NCBI GenBank assembly: GCA_018333995.1
Contig: JAGXSG010000008.1
Location: 59,290 to 123,289 of the forward strand
From: Clostridiales bacterium
GTDB lineage: Bacteria > Actinomycetota > Coriobacteriia > Anaerosomatales > SLCP01
Length of the DNA: 64,000 nt
Reading direction: 5' to 3'
This document shows, in pieces, positions 17,768 to 27,246 of the stretch. The notes under the pieces are model-generated. The model saw only the letters and a program-made list of their open reading frames with translations, ran no database searches and had not been told where the DNA came from. The stretch's first letter is position 1; each line of letters starts with the position of its first letter. Position numbers and translations under genes: made by a program.

Positions 17768-19894
17768 TTAGCGATGATCGCAGTCGTGCGCGTACGCAGA
17801 GATGAGCGGTTCTAGAGTGTTTTCCCATGTGAACCTCGCCGCTTGTCGAATCCCGTAGGCAGAGACTTCCTTCGCGAGTTTGGGATCTGACAGCAGGGAT
17901 TCTACGCGCATGGCGAGGGCGTCGATATCTCCCGGCGCGAAGAGGGCTTCGGGATGTACGAACTCGGGAATGGCTCCGACGGCGGCTCCGATGACGGGTG
18001 ATCCAACCGCCGAGGCTTCGAGGGCCACAAGCGAGAATCCTTCAGCGTGCGATGGCACAACGACGATGTCGCTTGTTCTCATGAGGGCCAGCACGTCACT
18101 GTGGGGTAGACGTCCGGTGAAAACCGTGCGCCGAGCGAGTCCGAGTGCGGCAGCTTGCTGGGCGCGTTCCTCTATGCCGCAATCGCCCACCATCGTCAGC
18201 GATACAGGACGAACCCTGGGATCGGCAAGTGCGACGAGCAGATCGGATGCACCCTTCTCGACCGTCATTCGGCCGACGAAAAGGACATGCGGAAGTAGCC
18301 GTGGCTCAGGTGATGGGCGTTTTAGGGAATCAAACACGGCAGCGTCGATTCCGTCGTGCACCACATGGATGCACATAGGCGGTGCTCCCGGAAGTGAGCG
18401 CACATCGTGAGCGATCGCTTCCGAAACACAGATGAGAGGCTCGCACCTGCGCAAAGCGGCGAGGGTTACCATCCGCCAGAAGACGGACTTGTGGGCAAGA
18501 GAGATATCGCTTCCACGCATCGTGAGCGCAGTGCGGATTCGAGGAGCGGCCACTGAGCACACGAGTCCTGTCGGTGCCCACTGCGCATGCAGGATGTCGC
18601 TGTCGCGAGCGGCACGGCGAGCGGCACGAGCCAAACCCGCGACAAAGAATGGCGCCGTCAGCCAGAGGGCGGGAGCTCGGCGGAGAGCGCCCGGAATCCC
18701 GGTTTCTGAGTAGGCGAGACGCTCCCACCGTTGTGGCAGGTAGCGAAAACGGTTGACCTCAACGCCATCCATCTCCTCGACAACCGGCAAGCCCGGTGCG
18801 TGCGGGGCATGCACGCTGACGTTCACGGATTTCCTGACCAGGTGTATGGCCAGCTGGTGAACGATCCTTCCGGTAAAGTCCCCTGAATTGCGTGGGAACA
18901 CTGTTGTGACCAGTGCGACACTCAGCGGTTCCCCGTTGTATGCACGATTCATTCTTCCGTCGGCGACCGGTGATGCTCTTGTTAGAATCAGTGCGGCTCC
19001 CACCAATGCTGGCGTGAGCACCATCCCCAAGTGAACGATGGCTATCTGGGTCGCGGCTTGATCGTCCACTCCCAGACCGACAAGCACGGCGACTAGCGTG
19101 AATTGACTGAGGCCCAATCCGGCAAGTGAAATTGGGAGGAGATTCGCAAGCGTCATGATCGCGCCGCTCATGATCGTGTGCGCGATCGGGATATCTGAGC
19201 CCAGTGAGTGCGCGACCGTGTGGATAGCGGCAAACGACACCAGCCATCCCAGTACGGAGATCGCGACAACCCCCACAAGGCGACTCGGGCGCACGTGCGT
19301 AGCCTCCGCGATCATGCGCGGCGTCACATCAGCCTGCATGCTTCCCACGGCTCTGATGGCGAGGCGCCACGGCACCACAGAGGGCTTGATAATCGGGATC
19401 AACGCCACTATACCTAGCAGGATCGCCAGCGCTCCGACGAGATGAAGACCGCTAGCGAACGCCGAAGGAGCCGCTACGACAGCGAGGGCAGGAAGCGAAG
19501 TAAGCTTGTCGATCATCGTCGCCGGAACCAGGTACTCGGGCTTGCCATGCGTTCGGCACGCGAAGTGAGCTTTGACAAGCTCACCGGTACCACTTGGCAT
19601 CACGAGGGAAGCGGCACTGCCTATGAGGGTGAGGGCAAGTGAATCTGAGCTCGATATGAGTCTCCTGGAACGATTCACGACAAGCGCATAACTCACCGAC
19701 CGCAACATCACCGCCAGCCAGAATACGGCCAGAGCTAACAGTAGCTCGATGAGACTCGTTTGTCTGATCGCGTGACTAAAAGAGCCCCAGTCGACGCGCG
19801 AGACGAGGACCGAGACCAAGAGCATCGAGACTGCGGCTCGCGTCATAAACACGGCGATGTCGCGCGTCCTCGACGGGTTCTCGATGTCCGTCAT
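17768..19894 (-). CDS. fusion protein: N-terminal flippase-like (lysyl-PG synthase TM region/UPF0104-type) multi-TM domain plus C-terminal GT4/GT1 glycosyltransferase
   Basis: About 330 aa with ~8 TM helices, then a GT-B domain with FVGRMTVEKG and SHAEGFSLVALEASAVGSPVIG (EX7E-type). ATG overlaps the upstream stop (ATGA at 19891-19894). Confidence 0.8.
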   Translation of the reverse strand: MTDIENPSRTRDIAVFMTRAAVSMLLVSVLVSRVDWGSFSHAIRQTSLIELLLALAVFWLAVMLRSVSYALVVNRSRRLISSSDSLALTLIGSAASLVMPSGTGELVKAHFACRTHGKPEYLVPATMIDKLTSLPALAVVAAPSAFASGLHLVGALAILLGIVALIPIIKPSVVPWRLAIRAVGSMQADVTPRMIAEATHVRPSRLVGVVAISVLGWLVSFAAIHTVAHSLGSDIPIAHTIMSGAIMTLANLLPISLAGLGLSQFTLVAVLVGLGVDDQAATQIAIVHLGMVLTPALVGAALILTRASPVADGRMNRAYNGEPLSVALVTTVFPRNSGDFTGRIVHQLAIHLVRKSVNVSVHAPHAPGLPVVEEMDGVEVNRFRYLPQRWERLAYSETGIPGALRRAPALWLTAPFFVAGLARAARRAARDSDILHAQWAPTGLVCSVAAPRIRTALTMRGSDISLAHKSVFWRMVTLAALRRCEPLICVSEAIAHDVRSLPGAPPMCIHVVHDGIDAAVFDSLKRPSPEPRLLPHVLFVGRMTVEKGASDLLVALADPRVRPVSLTMVGDCGIEERAQQAAALGLARRTVFTGRLPHSDVLALMRTSDIVVVPSHAEGFSLVALEASAVGSPVIGAAVGAIPEFVHPEALFAPGDIDALAMRVESLLSDPKLAKEVSAYGIRQAARFTWENTLEPLISAYAHDCDHR

Positions 19895-22218
19895 CTCGAC
19901 TCCAGCGCGTGAGAGAACACCGCTTGTACCAGCTCTTGTTGAAATGGATCCTGGTTCACCGCGGCATGCCAGACCAGGTTGTAGCCTATGAAGTAGACGC
20001 GTCCTTCGCCCACGGTCAACATGCTTACAAGTGGTTTGCCGTCAGCGGTCGCCAACACCTCGGGGGAGTATGAGCTAGGAAGTGGCTCATAGGCCGCTCC
20101 ATACCAAGCACCTCCGGCCTCATCGACGAATTGAATCGAGGCACCCAACGTCGCAGAGTCTTCAACGGCTAGCGAAGGCAAAATCCGCACTCTCGCCTCT
20201 CTCGCCAGAGCTTCGCGTCTGACGGTCATGCCAAAGATGGCTGTGTCCCTGATCTGATACGACAGATCGCCCAGGTTGCCGGAAGCGTCGAGGATGAGCG
20301 TCCCGCCGTCCTCCACGTATTCGCGGAGGATTTGCTCACCACGTGCGCGGTCACGCCACTTCACTCCGAAGAGAGCTACGACATCGTATTCCTGCAGCTC
20401 GGTGAGGGTCGGGTCGTCTATAAACGCCGTGCCTTCCCATCCGTAGCGCCCCATGTCGAAATCGAGGTAGTACCGGTATTCCGTGAGTTCTTCAAGATAG
20501 CGCTCCCATCCCACGCCAAGGTAGAGGATCCTTGGTCGTGACGGCGCGGAATCTTGTGTGCGTTTTAGCACGCGAACCGTGTCGACCCCTTCGACCTCGA
20601 CTCTTCGTATCTCAGAGAATCCAGCGAAGTCTTGGCCCTTAAGGGTTACGTAGTAGTCCGCTGCGGATTTGTCGAGCTGATGCCGGAAAGCGTCCGGATC
20701 TCTGAAAAAGGGCATCGCACGCGCTGGGAGCCTTCCATCCCATGCTGTCATCGGCCACAGATCGGAGTAGATGACACTCCCCTCATTCGCCCCCGAAGCG
20801 AGCAACGACTCCGCAGTGGAGCGTGATGCCGCTACATATGGGTTCGGGGATTCGGGGATCCGCTGCATGACGACGGCAAGCGAGATGCATGACACGCTCA
20901 CAAGCAAGACGGTGGTTGCGGTACCGAGCGCTCGAGATGAACGTTCGCCCAACGACCCTAAGATCCGTCCTGACTCCCCGGTGAGATTATGTATACCGCG
21001 GTGCCAGCCGAGGATGGTCAGGAAGATGATCGTGGGTGCCATCATTATAAAGTATCGAGAAACCTGGATGTTCTGATGGCCATGGAAATCCAGATAGCAC
21101 AGTAGCCATGTAAGCAGAGTAGCGTCGAGTGCACCAGCACTGGAAACGCGCCCGTCTTCGGCGCGCGGTCCCAGCTGACTCCAGACCGCAATGACGGCTA
21201 TGACGATACTCACCTGCCGTGGAATCAGACCCGCATCGAGAACCTGCGCCAAGACTGCCGACGTGACGCCGAGGACGGCGATCATCAAGGGGGCGATTCT
21301 TAGCGGACTTCTCCGGAAGTACGTTGAGACCGAGGTCAACAGCCCCACCGCCCCTCCGAGGAGGACCAGGACCGGTATCAGGGTGACGGAATCATGGCCG
21401 AGGAACCGAGTCACGTTCTCCGCGTACCAGACGGCGTTTGCCGCCGCGGGCTCGCCGACGCCTGGGGCGCTCACGGACTCAGCCACCTGAAACGCGATCG
21501 CGAACGGGAAGAGGCTGTCACCGAAGCGTGATGCGTAAAACAGTCCCGCAGGCAGATACGTCACCACGGCGACACCGATAGCATGGGTCAGCATGCGCGC
21601 CTGAACGAAAGGACGCCACCTTAGCATCAGCCATGCGAAGGCGGGAATGGCAACAAGTATGGCCGTGTACCGAGTCATCACAGCGATCACGTATAACGCC
21701 GCCGCAATAAGGTAGTAACGTGGATCGTCGTCGGCCGCACGAATGAGAGCCAGTAGCATCCACAGCCCGATGGCCACAGAGGGAAAATCCGTATAGCCGC
21801 TGCCTAGATACTCCCAGAGAGGGGTCACGGACAGGACCATCGGGACCACCGCGATGGCGATTTTGCTATCTGTGCGGCGTCTCACGAGGAGATACAGCGC
21901 TACCACTCCCGATATCGAGAGCGCGCCATCGATCCACTGGATGACCGATTCATGCATTGGTGCACCGAGGCTAAACGCGAGCGCGGTAAGCAGCGACAAG
22001 AAGGGGGGTCGATGAAGTTCAGAGTACCCAAAGCCCGACTGTGCGAACTCCGCCGCGTTACAGAGGAACGCATACGTGTCCCACCCTGGCCCAGACAAGA
22101 TCGCATGAGGGAGCCTGTAGGCTACGACCATCGTCGTGATCGCAAAGACCAGTCCTACCTGGAACAACGCCGCGCGTCGGTGCTGCTTGGGGACGACGGC
22201 AGTTCCTCCCACCCTCAT
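19891..22218 (-). CDS. large polytopic membrane protein, GT-C/ArnT-PMT-like N-terminus plus ~320-aa extracytoplasmic C-terminal domain
   Basis: About 12 predicted TM helices followed by a soluble domain. ATG 22218 sits 1 nt after the GT2 stop (TAA 22220-22222). The ORF-track start at 22248 is TTG. Position and size match the membrane protein I recall accompanying XrtG-type exosortases. Confidence 0.6.
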   Translation of the reverse strand: MRVGGTAVVPKQHRRAALFQVGLVFAITTMVVAYRLPHAILSGPGWDTYAFLCNAAEFAQSGFGYSELHRPPFLSLLTALAFSLGAPMHESVIQWIDGALSISGVVALYLLVRRRTDSKIAIAVVPMVLSVTPLWEYLGSGYTDFPSVAIGLWMLLALIRAADDDPRYYLIAAALYVIAVMTRYTAILVAIPAFAWLMLRWRPFVQARMLTHAIGVAVVTYLPAGLFYASRFGDSLFPFAIAFQVAESVSAPGVGEPAAANAVWYAENVTRFLGHDSVTLIPVLVLLGGAVGLLTSVSTYFRRSPLRIAPLMIAVLGVTSAVLAQVLDAGLIPRQVSIVIAVIAVWSQLGPRAEDGRVSSAGALDATLLTWLLCYLDFHGHQNIQVSRYFIMMAPTIIFLTILGWHRGIHNLTGESGRILGSLGERSSRALGTATTVLLVSVSCISLAVVMQRIPESPNPYVAASRSTAESLLASGANEGSVIYSDLWPMTAWDGRLPARAMPFFRDPDAFRHQLDKSAADYYVTLKGQDFAGFSEIRRVEVEGVDTVRVLKRTQDSAPSRPRILYLGVGWERYLEELTEYRYYLDFDMGRYGWEGTAFIDDPTLTELQEYDVVALFGVKWRDRARGEQILREYVEDGGTLILDASGNLGDLSYQIRDTAIFGMTVRREALAREARVRILPSLAVEDSATLGASIQFVDEAGGAWYGAAYEPLPSSYSPEVLATADGKPLVSMLTVGEGRVYFIGYNLVWHAAVNQDPFQQELVQAVFSHALESR

Positions 22219-22219
22219 C

Positions 22220-23788
22220 TTATGCCGATCGCTTCCACAGTGCCTCAAGACGCCCAGCCAGTACGATGACGGTGACCAGAAGCGGACCCAGCACGGAGAG
22301 CGTCACTCTGCCCATGCGCAGTACCGCGGTGGTAAGCGAGCTGGCCACCATCGTGACGAACTCGATCGAGCGCACACGCATGAGACGAAGTCCGTCCTGC
22401 ATTCCGCCAACCGGTCCTTGGATGGTCCATTGTGGCTCCTCCATGAGAGTGACGAGGAAGCCCGAAAAACGGAAGTGAAACACGATGAATCTGAAGAGAG
22501 GCAAGAACAGCAGCGTCCACCCGCACTGTTCGATGCGTCCGCGCGTATGCTCGTCGGACATTGCGAACACGGTTGTGGTGTTGACGGCCTCGATCGCAAC
22601 GTAGAACGCGTACATCCCTGCGAGCGCCATGCCGATGACACTCCAGGAGTACCCAAACATCGGAAAGAAGAGGATGAGTGGTGCCCAGATGAGTCGCGGG
22701 AACGCGAGCGTGTGGTCGAGCAAGAGCGTCTTCGGGAGAGAGCGTCGCGAGAAGGCACCATGCTTGTGCGTGCCAATGATCTCCTCGTGCAAACCGCAGA
22801 CCTCGAGTTGGCCGCGCGTCCAACGGGCGCGTTGCGCGTACAGTTCGTCCCAGGTCACCACTGGTTCCAGGTAGATCTTCGCGTCCTCGGCAAAGCCAAT
22901 GGTGACGTTGTTTCGATGAAGTGCGAACGTCAGGCACGTGTCCTCTGAGACTGTGGTGTTCGAGTAGCATGGTCCGCAGGGGAGAATGTCGCGCCGGAAC
23001 GCCGAGCACGCGCCCGCGAGTGTGAACATGGTTCCGGTGAGCGCTTGTGCCCGGCGGCCGAGGTCAAAAGAAGATAGAAACTCCAGGAACTGCGCCTTTG
23101 CGAGGAATCGTTCCATCGCCGTCAGAGTGCGGGGCACTATGTGGCCCTCTTCGTCGAGCACCAGACGGCCGTGTTCATCACGAGACTCGAGAACGTCCCA
23201 GTCTATTTCGATGCTTCCTGTCAGTGCGCCGAGCTTCGGATCGCGCACGAACGCCGCCGCGATATTGCGTATCGCCATCGGATGGAGCACGACGTCGCTA
23301 TCGATGTTGATGACTATCTCTCCCGAGCTCGCGTCGATGCCCGCGTTGAGCGCTTCGGACTTGCCGCCGCGCTGGCGCCGGATAAGGGTGATGGTGCCGC
23401 GGAATGGGCCCACTCGGATAGCTCGCCCGCGCAGGCGGAACGCGTCACCGTTCTCGGTGCTTCCGCCGTTGGCGTGGTGCTCTACCCGTTCCGGCGTGCC
23501 GTCGTCACTTCCATCATCAACGACGATGACCTCGAACTTCTCGTGCGGGTAGGCCTGTGCTTTGATCGAGGTTAGGCAACGGTCAATGACAGCGGCTTCG
23601 TTGTACGCCGGGACGATCAGCGAGACTGTCGGCAACTCGTCGTCGGGCACTTCTCGGCGGCGGGCAAGACCTCGTTCACGTGTCTTGACCACCACCAAGC
23701 GGCTAACGGCGTCCACCCCGTCGATGAGCACCGGCGTTATCAGCCACACGCCCCAGACGAGCATGAACACTAGGAGGCTGTCCATCAT
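22220..23788 (-). CDS. processive GT2 glycosyltransferase (PgaC/cellulose-synthase-like)
   Basis: LIVPAYNEA, VVDDGSDDGT, DSD and QRARWTRGQ (Q-x-x-RW) motifs flanked by TM helices. ATG 23788 follows GGAGG and overlaps the upstream TGA. The ORF-track start at 24385 is an artefactual extension. Confidence 0.87.
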   Translation of the reverse strand: MMDSLLVFMLVWGVWLITPVLIDGVDAVSRLVVVKTRERGLARRREVPDDELPTVSLIVPAYNEAAVIDRCLTSIKAQAYPHEKFEVIVVDDGSDDGTPERVEHHANGGSTENGDAFRLRGRAIRVGPFRGTITLIRRQRGGKSEALNAGIDASSGEIVINIDSDVVLHPMAIRNIAAAFVRDPKLGALTGSIEIDWDVLESRDEHGRLVLDEEGHIVPRTLTAMERFLAKAQFLEFLSSFDLGRRAQALTGTMFTLAGACSAFRRDILPCGPCYSNTTVSEDTCLTFALHRNNVTIGFAEDAKIYLEPVVTWDELYAQRARWTRGQLEVCGLHEEIIGTHKHGAFSRRSLPKTLLLDHTLAFPRLIWAPLILFFPMFGYSWSVIGMALAGMYAFYVAIEAVNTTTVFAMSDEHTRGRIEQCGWTLLFLPLFRFIVFHFRFSGFLVTLMEEPQWTIQGPVGGMQDGLRLMRVRSIEFVTMVASSLTTAVLRMGRVTLSVLGPLLVTVIVLAGRLEALWKRSA

Positions 23789-24378
23789 GCCTCCTTGAGG
23801 TTGCCTGAGACGATCGTGATCGTCGGCCGCGTCACAAGGAACCAGTAGATCGCCACGGTGGCGGCGAAGAAGAACAACCGTCCAAACACGGCGTGCGCCG
23901 GATACACCCACGAGGTGCCGAGTGCGTTGATGATGCCCACGATTAGCAGGATGCGCAGGAGATTGACCACCCACGTCGCGGCCACGCCCGCGAGCACCAT
24001 CCAGAGCTTGTTCCCCGGCCGGAACGCTGGGTAGAACGCCACAAGCGCGGTGAACGCGAGCGTCTCGAGCAGAGCCGAGCACTCGATGCCGATGTCGAAG
24101 ATCGCCCAACCCGTGTGGTTTGGGATGGCGAGTCCCGAGGTGCCGAGATGGGAGAGTTCGATTCCGAGCAGTCCCGCAAGGGCGATCACCTGCTGTGCCT
24201 GTGCGTACTCCACAGCGGTGTCGAGTCCGAAGGTTCGAAGTGCAGAGATGCCGAGTAGCACGAAGCCGAGTGCGCCCGTGATGTAGAAGACCAGCCAGTG
24301 ACGAGTGCTCCAGAGCCGCCAGGTGAGCAGCGCCCACACGGCGGTCGCGAACAGGAGCATGTAGGGCGACATGATCAT
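23785..24378 (-). CDS. exosortase/archaeosortase-family transpeptidase-like membrane protein (XrtG-like by size and neighbourhood)
   Basis: 197 aa, ~6 TM helices. Carries the family's Cys/Arg/His triad in its usual contexts: DIGIECSALLE, NLLRILLIV, YPAHAVFGRLFF. ATG 24378 overlaps the TGA of the surface-protein gene. Confidence 0.72.
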   Translation of the reverse strand: MIMSPYMLLFATAVWALLTWRLWSTRHWLVFYITGALGFVLLGISALRTFGLDTAVEYAQAQQVIALAGLLGIELSHLGTSGLAIPNHTGWAIFDIGIECSALLETLAFTALVAFYPAFRPGNKLWMVLAGVAATWVVNLLRILLIVGIINALGTSWVYPAHAVFGRLFFFAATVAIYWFLVTRPTITIVSGNLKEA

Positions 24379-26939
24379 GGCGCACTTGCCTTCGCGAGCG
24401 CCGGTGTCATCCGGTGCCGGGAGTGCCACATGAAGACGACTCCGATGAGCAACGTGAGAGCGAAAAGGGGCCAGCCCAGTGCGGGAATCGAGTAGAACTC
24501 TGTCGTCCGGGTGTCGATCAGCATGCCCGACGTGGTCCTCCACGTGGCTGTGACCCGGTAGGTTCCTTGGTTGGGAAATCCAGTGTTGGAGATAGCCCAG
24601 GGCTGCGGCTCGGTCCACGTGGCACCGGCAGGCACCGTGATGCCGGTTGTCGTGCGCGTGCTCACTGGCGCCGAGCCGTCGTAGACACGACTCGCGCCAG
24701 AGGAGTCGATGAAGAGGTCTCCAGCTCCGAACACGCCGTTTCCGTCGGTGTCCCACCAGATGACGTACGTCATCGTCGAACCTGAGATCGACTGGGCACC
24801 GTTGTTGGCGGCTGTCGATGAGACGTGCACCATGTCTCCCAAACCCGGCGCATTGCTAGCGCTCAGGGACGTGATACGGGCTGCTGGCGACACGTTAAAG
24901 GTGACCCGCGTGATCTCGGCGTTGTTTGAGGAGTTGAGGAGCACAAGGTTCCATGTGCCATGCGTGGCATCCGCTGGCAGCGTGTAAAAGCTGTGCGCTG
25001 TCTGCAAGGTGTTGACGCCCACGGGGAGCGAGGTGTGGACGACTGTGCCGCTCGCGTTGATCCAGCGGAAGCGTACCTGTGAAAAGCCGGTGAGTCCCAT
25101 GCCACGCGCGTACACGGTGTCGCCTGGGTTGAAATTCGTGGCCACACTGCCGAAGCCGGGGCCATCGTACGTAGCAAGCCTGCGCACCCGTGTGGTGTCG
25201 GTCACGGACGCCGAGAATGATCCGTGTGAGGCGGTCACCGTCATGATGTCGGTCGCGGCTTCACTCGCTCCCGCAGGTATCTGCACTCGGGCCACGATGT
25301 CGACGCTCGCGCCGTACGGTCCGAGCGTCACCGAGCTGATCGGAGTCACTCCGTCAGCCGCAAAAAGGCTCACCGGCCAGCCCGAGGAAGACCGTACGGA
25401 GAGGTTGATTGAGCGGGCGGCCGCGGCGTTGTTCGTGACGCGGTGCGTGTAGGAAACGGCTGTGCCAGGACCGCCGACGGACTCGAGATTAGGCGTGATC
25501 TCCAACTCGGGGCGTACGGTTGTGGCGTCCTGGGCCGCACCGAGGATCGTCGGGTCTGTGGCCAGGACAGCCCGTACCGCGGTGACATCCTGAGTACCAT
25601 GAGCCGTCCCAGCCGGGACGCGCACCCGTGCGACCACGTCGACCGAGGCGCCCGCGGCAAGGGTGAGTGAGTTGACTGGGGTGATAGCGTCTGAGAGGTA
25701 GAGCTCGACCGGCCAGCCGAGTGACGAGGTTGCGGAGAGGTTCACGACCGCCGAAGCACCGGTGTTGTTCGCGACGGTGTGCCTGTAGTCGATCGCCGCT
25801 CCGGAGTGGATCGAAGCGGAGTGGTTCGGCGTGAGGGTAAGTGCGCCCGCGACAGTGTGGGCTGTGGCGCGCGCGACGACGCTGGCGTGCGTGGTCGATG
25901 TCACAGCGAGTGCCGTCGTTGCGGCGACACCTTGTGCGGTGCCCAACGGGATCGCGACGCGCAAATTGACGGGTACCGAACTTCCCGGGGCAAGTGTCAC
26001 GGAAGTCGCGGGTGCCCCAGCCACCCACGTGCTCGCGTTCCATCCAGCCAGAGAGGATGTTCCAAGCGTATACGTCTGCGGAAGGTTGCCGCTGTTGGTG
26101 ATGGTGTACGAGTGAGTGACGACCGTGCCAGGCACCCCGCCTGCGGTCGTGAGCGCTGGTGAGAGCGACACAGCGGGTCGTGCGAAGGAAAGCCCTCCGC
26201 TCGGACCGGCGTTGTCCTCGATGTGTGTGGGTGATTGCGATCCATTGCCCACCGCGAACTGGATCGAGATCGGGCTGCCAGCGGGCACTCCCAGCGCGGC
26301 CCACGAGACAGACGCCTCGAATCGCAGGCCCGAGCTGTCCATAGCGCCACTGTATACGGCACCGGGCACACGGTTCTGGCCTGGACGGGCTTGGCCCGGC
26401 ATCGTGTGGCCGTCACCGCGCATCACGTCGCTAGATGAAGAGTTGTGGGCACTGTAGTAGACGACGTTACTCGAATTAGGATTCGGCTGGTAACCAGAGT
26501 TGGAGAATCCCATGATGGCGACGACATCACCGCTGCGCATGACGCCGTCGCCGTCGCGGTCGATGTAGGCGAACATCGTGACAGCACGGGTCCCTGAGGT
26601 GGTGCGGCGCCAGAACAAGTACAGATTCTGCTCGTCCCACGTGGCAGCCGTGAGATCCAAGTCGCGGTCAGGTTGGTCCGGAGTGTCCGGATCCCCAGGT
26701 CCGGTGGTGTCGAGGACGGCGTTGTCCGCGTCGAGGAACACGCCGTCCCAATCGGTCATGGTGCCGTCGATGGTGATACGCGCTGAAGTGAGGGCTTGGG
26801 ATCCGGTGGGTGCGAGCAGGAAGGATATCAACAGCAACGCTGTGAGCGCGCACGTTGTGATAGAGCGAGGGCGTGTGCGACGTATCGCGGACTCTGTTCG
26901 CCCCAAGTGCTCGCGAGCATGCGTGGATGAGCCGTTCAT
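24375..26939 (-). CDS. 854-aa secreted repeat-rich surface protein with a C-terminal hydrophobic/basic anchor
   Basis: Signal peptide ALTALLLISFLLAPTGSQA. At least three ~105-aa repeats of a DUF11/NEW3/CARDB-like module (Y.H.V.N....[ST].L...S..GW...L......I..V.L....S..V..RV..P.G). C-terminus IPALGWPLFALTLLIGVVFMWHSRHR. Confidence 0.8.
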   Translation of the reverse strand: MNGSSTHAREHLGRTESAIRRTRPRSITTCALTALLLISFLLAPTGSQALTSARITIDGTMTDWDGVFLDADNAVLDTTGPGDPDTPDQPDRDLDLTAATWDEQNLYLFWRRTTSGTRAVTMFAYIDRDGDGVMRSGDVVAIMGFSNSGYQPNPNSSNVVYYSAHNSSSSDVMRGDGHTMPGQARPGQNRVPGAVYSGAMDSSGLRFEASVSWAALGVPAGSPISIQFAVGNGSQSPTHIEDNAGPSGGLSFARPAVSLSPALTTAGGVPGTVVTHSYTITNSGNLPQTYTLGTSSLAGWNASTWVAGAPATSVTLAPGSSVPVNLRVAIPLGTAQGVAATTALAVTSTTHASVVARATAHTVAGALTLTPNHSASIHSGAAIDYRHTVANNTGASAVVNLSATSSLGWPVELYLSDAITPVNSLTLAAGASVDVVARVRVPAGTAHGTQDVTAVRAVLATDPTILGAAQDATTVRPELEITPNLESVGGPGTAVSYTHRVTNNAAAARSINLSVRSSSGWPVSLFAADGVTPISSVTLGPYGASVDIVARVQIPAGASEAATDIMTVTASHGSFSASVTDTTRVRRLATYDGPGFGSVATNFNPGDTVYARGMGLTGFSQVRFRWINASGTVVHTSLPVGVNTLQTAHSFYTLPADATHGTWNLVLLNSSNNAEITRVTFNVSPAARITSLSASNAPGLGDMVHVSSTAANNGAQSISGSTMTYVIWWDTDGNGVFGAGDLFIDSSGASRVYDGSAPVSTRTTTGITVPAGATWTEPQPWAISNTGFPNQGTYRVTATWRTTSGMLIDTRTTEFYSIPALGWPLFALTLLIGVVFMWHSRHRMTPALAKASAP

Positions 26940-27118
26940 CGTGCGGTCAGTCCCTTGTCTGGGTGACGGTGCCGGTCACAATCCCACGGCGCGGTTCATC
27001 GGCGGATGTGGAGATGTGTCCTTGCTCACACTATCGGCATCCTCTAGGGGCCGGTGTACGGTCAAGCGCGCGAGTGGTCACATTCGGTGTTTACCGGCGT
27101 GAATTCTAGTACCTATCT

Positions 27119-27147
27119 GACGAACGGTATCTTCATCCGCCGAACGG
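27119..27147 (+). promoter_or_regulatory. pair of direct 9-bp boxes GACGAACGG / GCCGAACGG (candidate LytTR operator)
   Basis: Boxes at 27119-27127 and 27139-27147 (20 bp start-to-start). They lie in the divergent region between the surface-protein operon and the LytTR regulator gene. A TATACT -10-like hexamer sits at 27191-27196. Confidence 0.45.
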
Positions 27148-27246
27148 TGATTTTGCTCTGACGGATGTGCGTGTGAGGAGTTTCATGCGGTATACTGACG
27201 GTTCAGACAGGTTGACGAGCGGCACGCGTTCCGCTCGGCGAGTGAC

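Noticed and set aside
22136-24385. Alternative-frame or over-extended ORFs over the GT2 and exosortase genes: 22136-22948 (+), 22245-23009 (-), and the 721-aa version of 22220-24385
   Set aside because: The 5' 199 codons of the 721-aa ORF are Arg/His-rich nonsense in another frame of the exosortase gene. A clean ATG with GGAGG at 23788 gives the conserved GT2 protein. The others overlap it with no motifs.
25489-26416. 271-aa and 139-aa minus-strand ORFs inside the surface-protein gene
   Set aside because: They are alternative frames of a gene whose main frame has a signal peptide and clear domain repeats. Their translations are Arg/Gly/His-rich.
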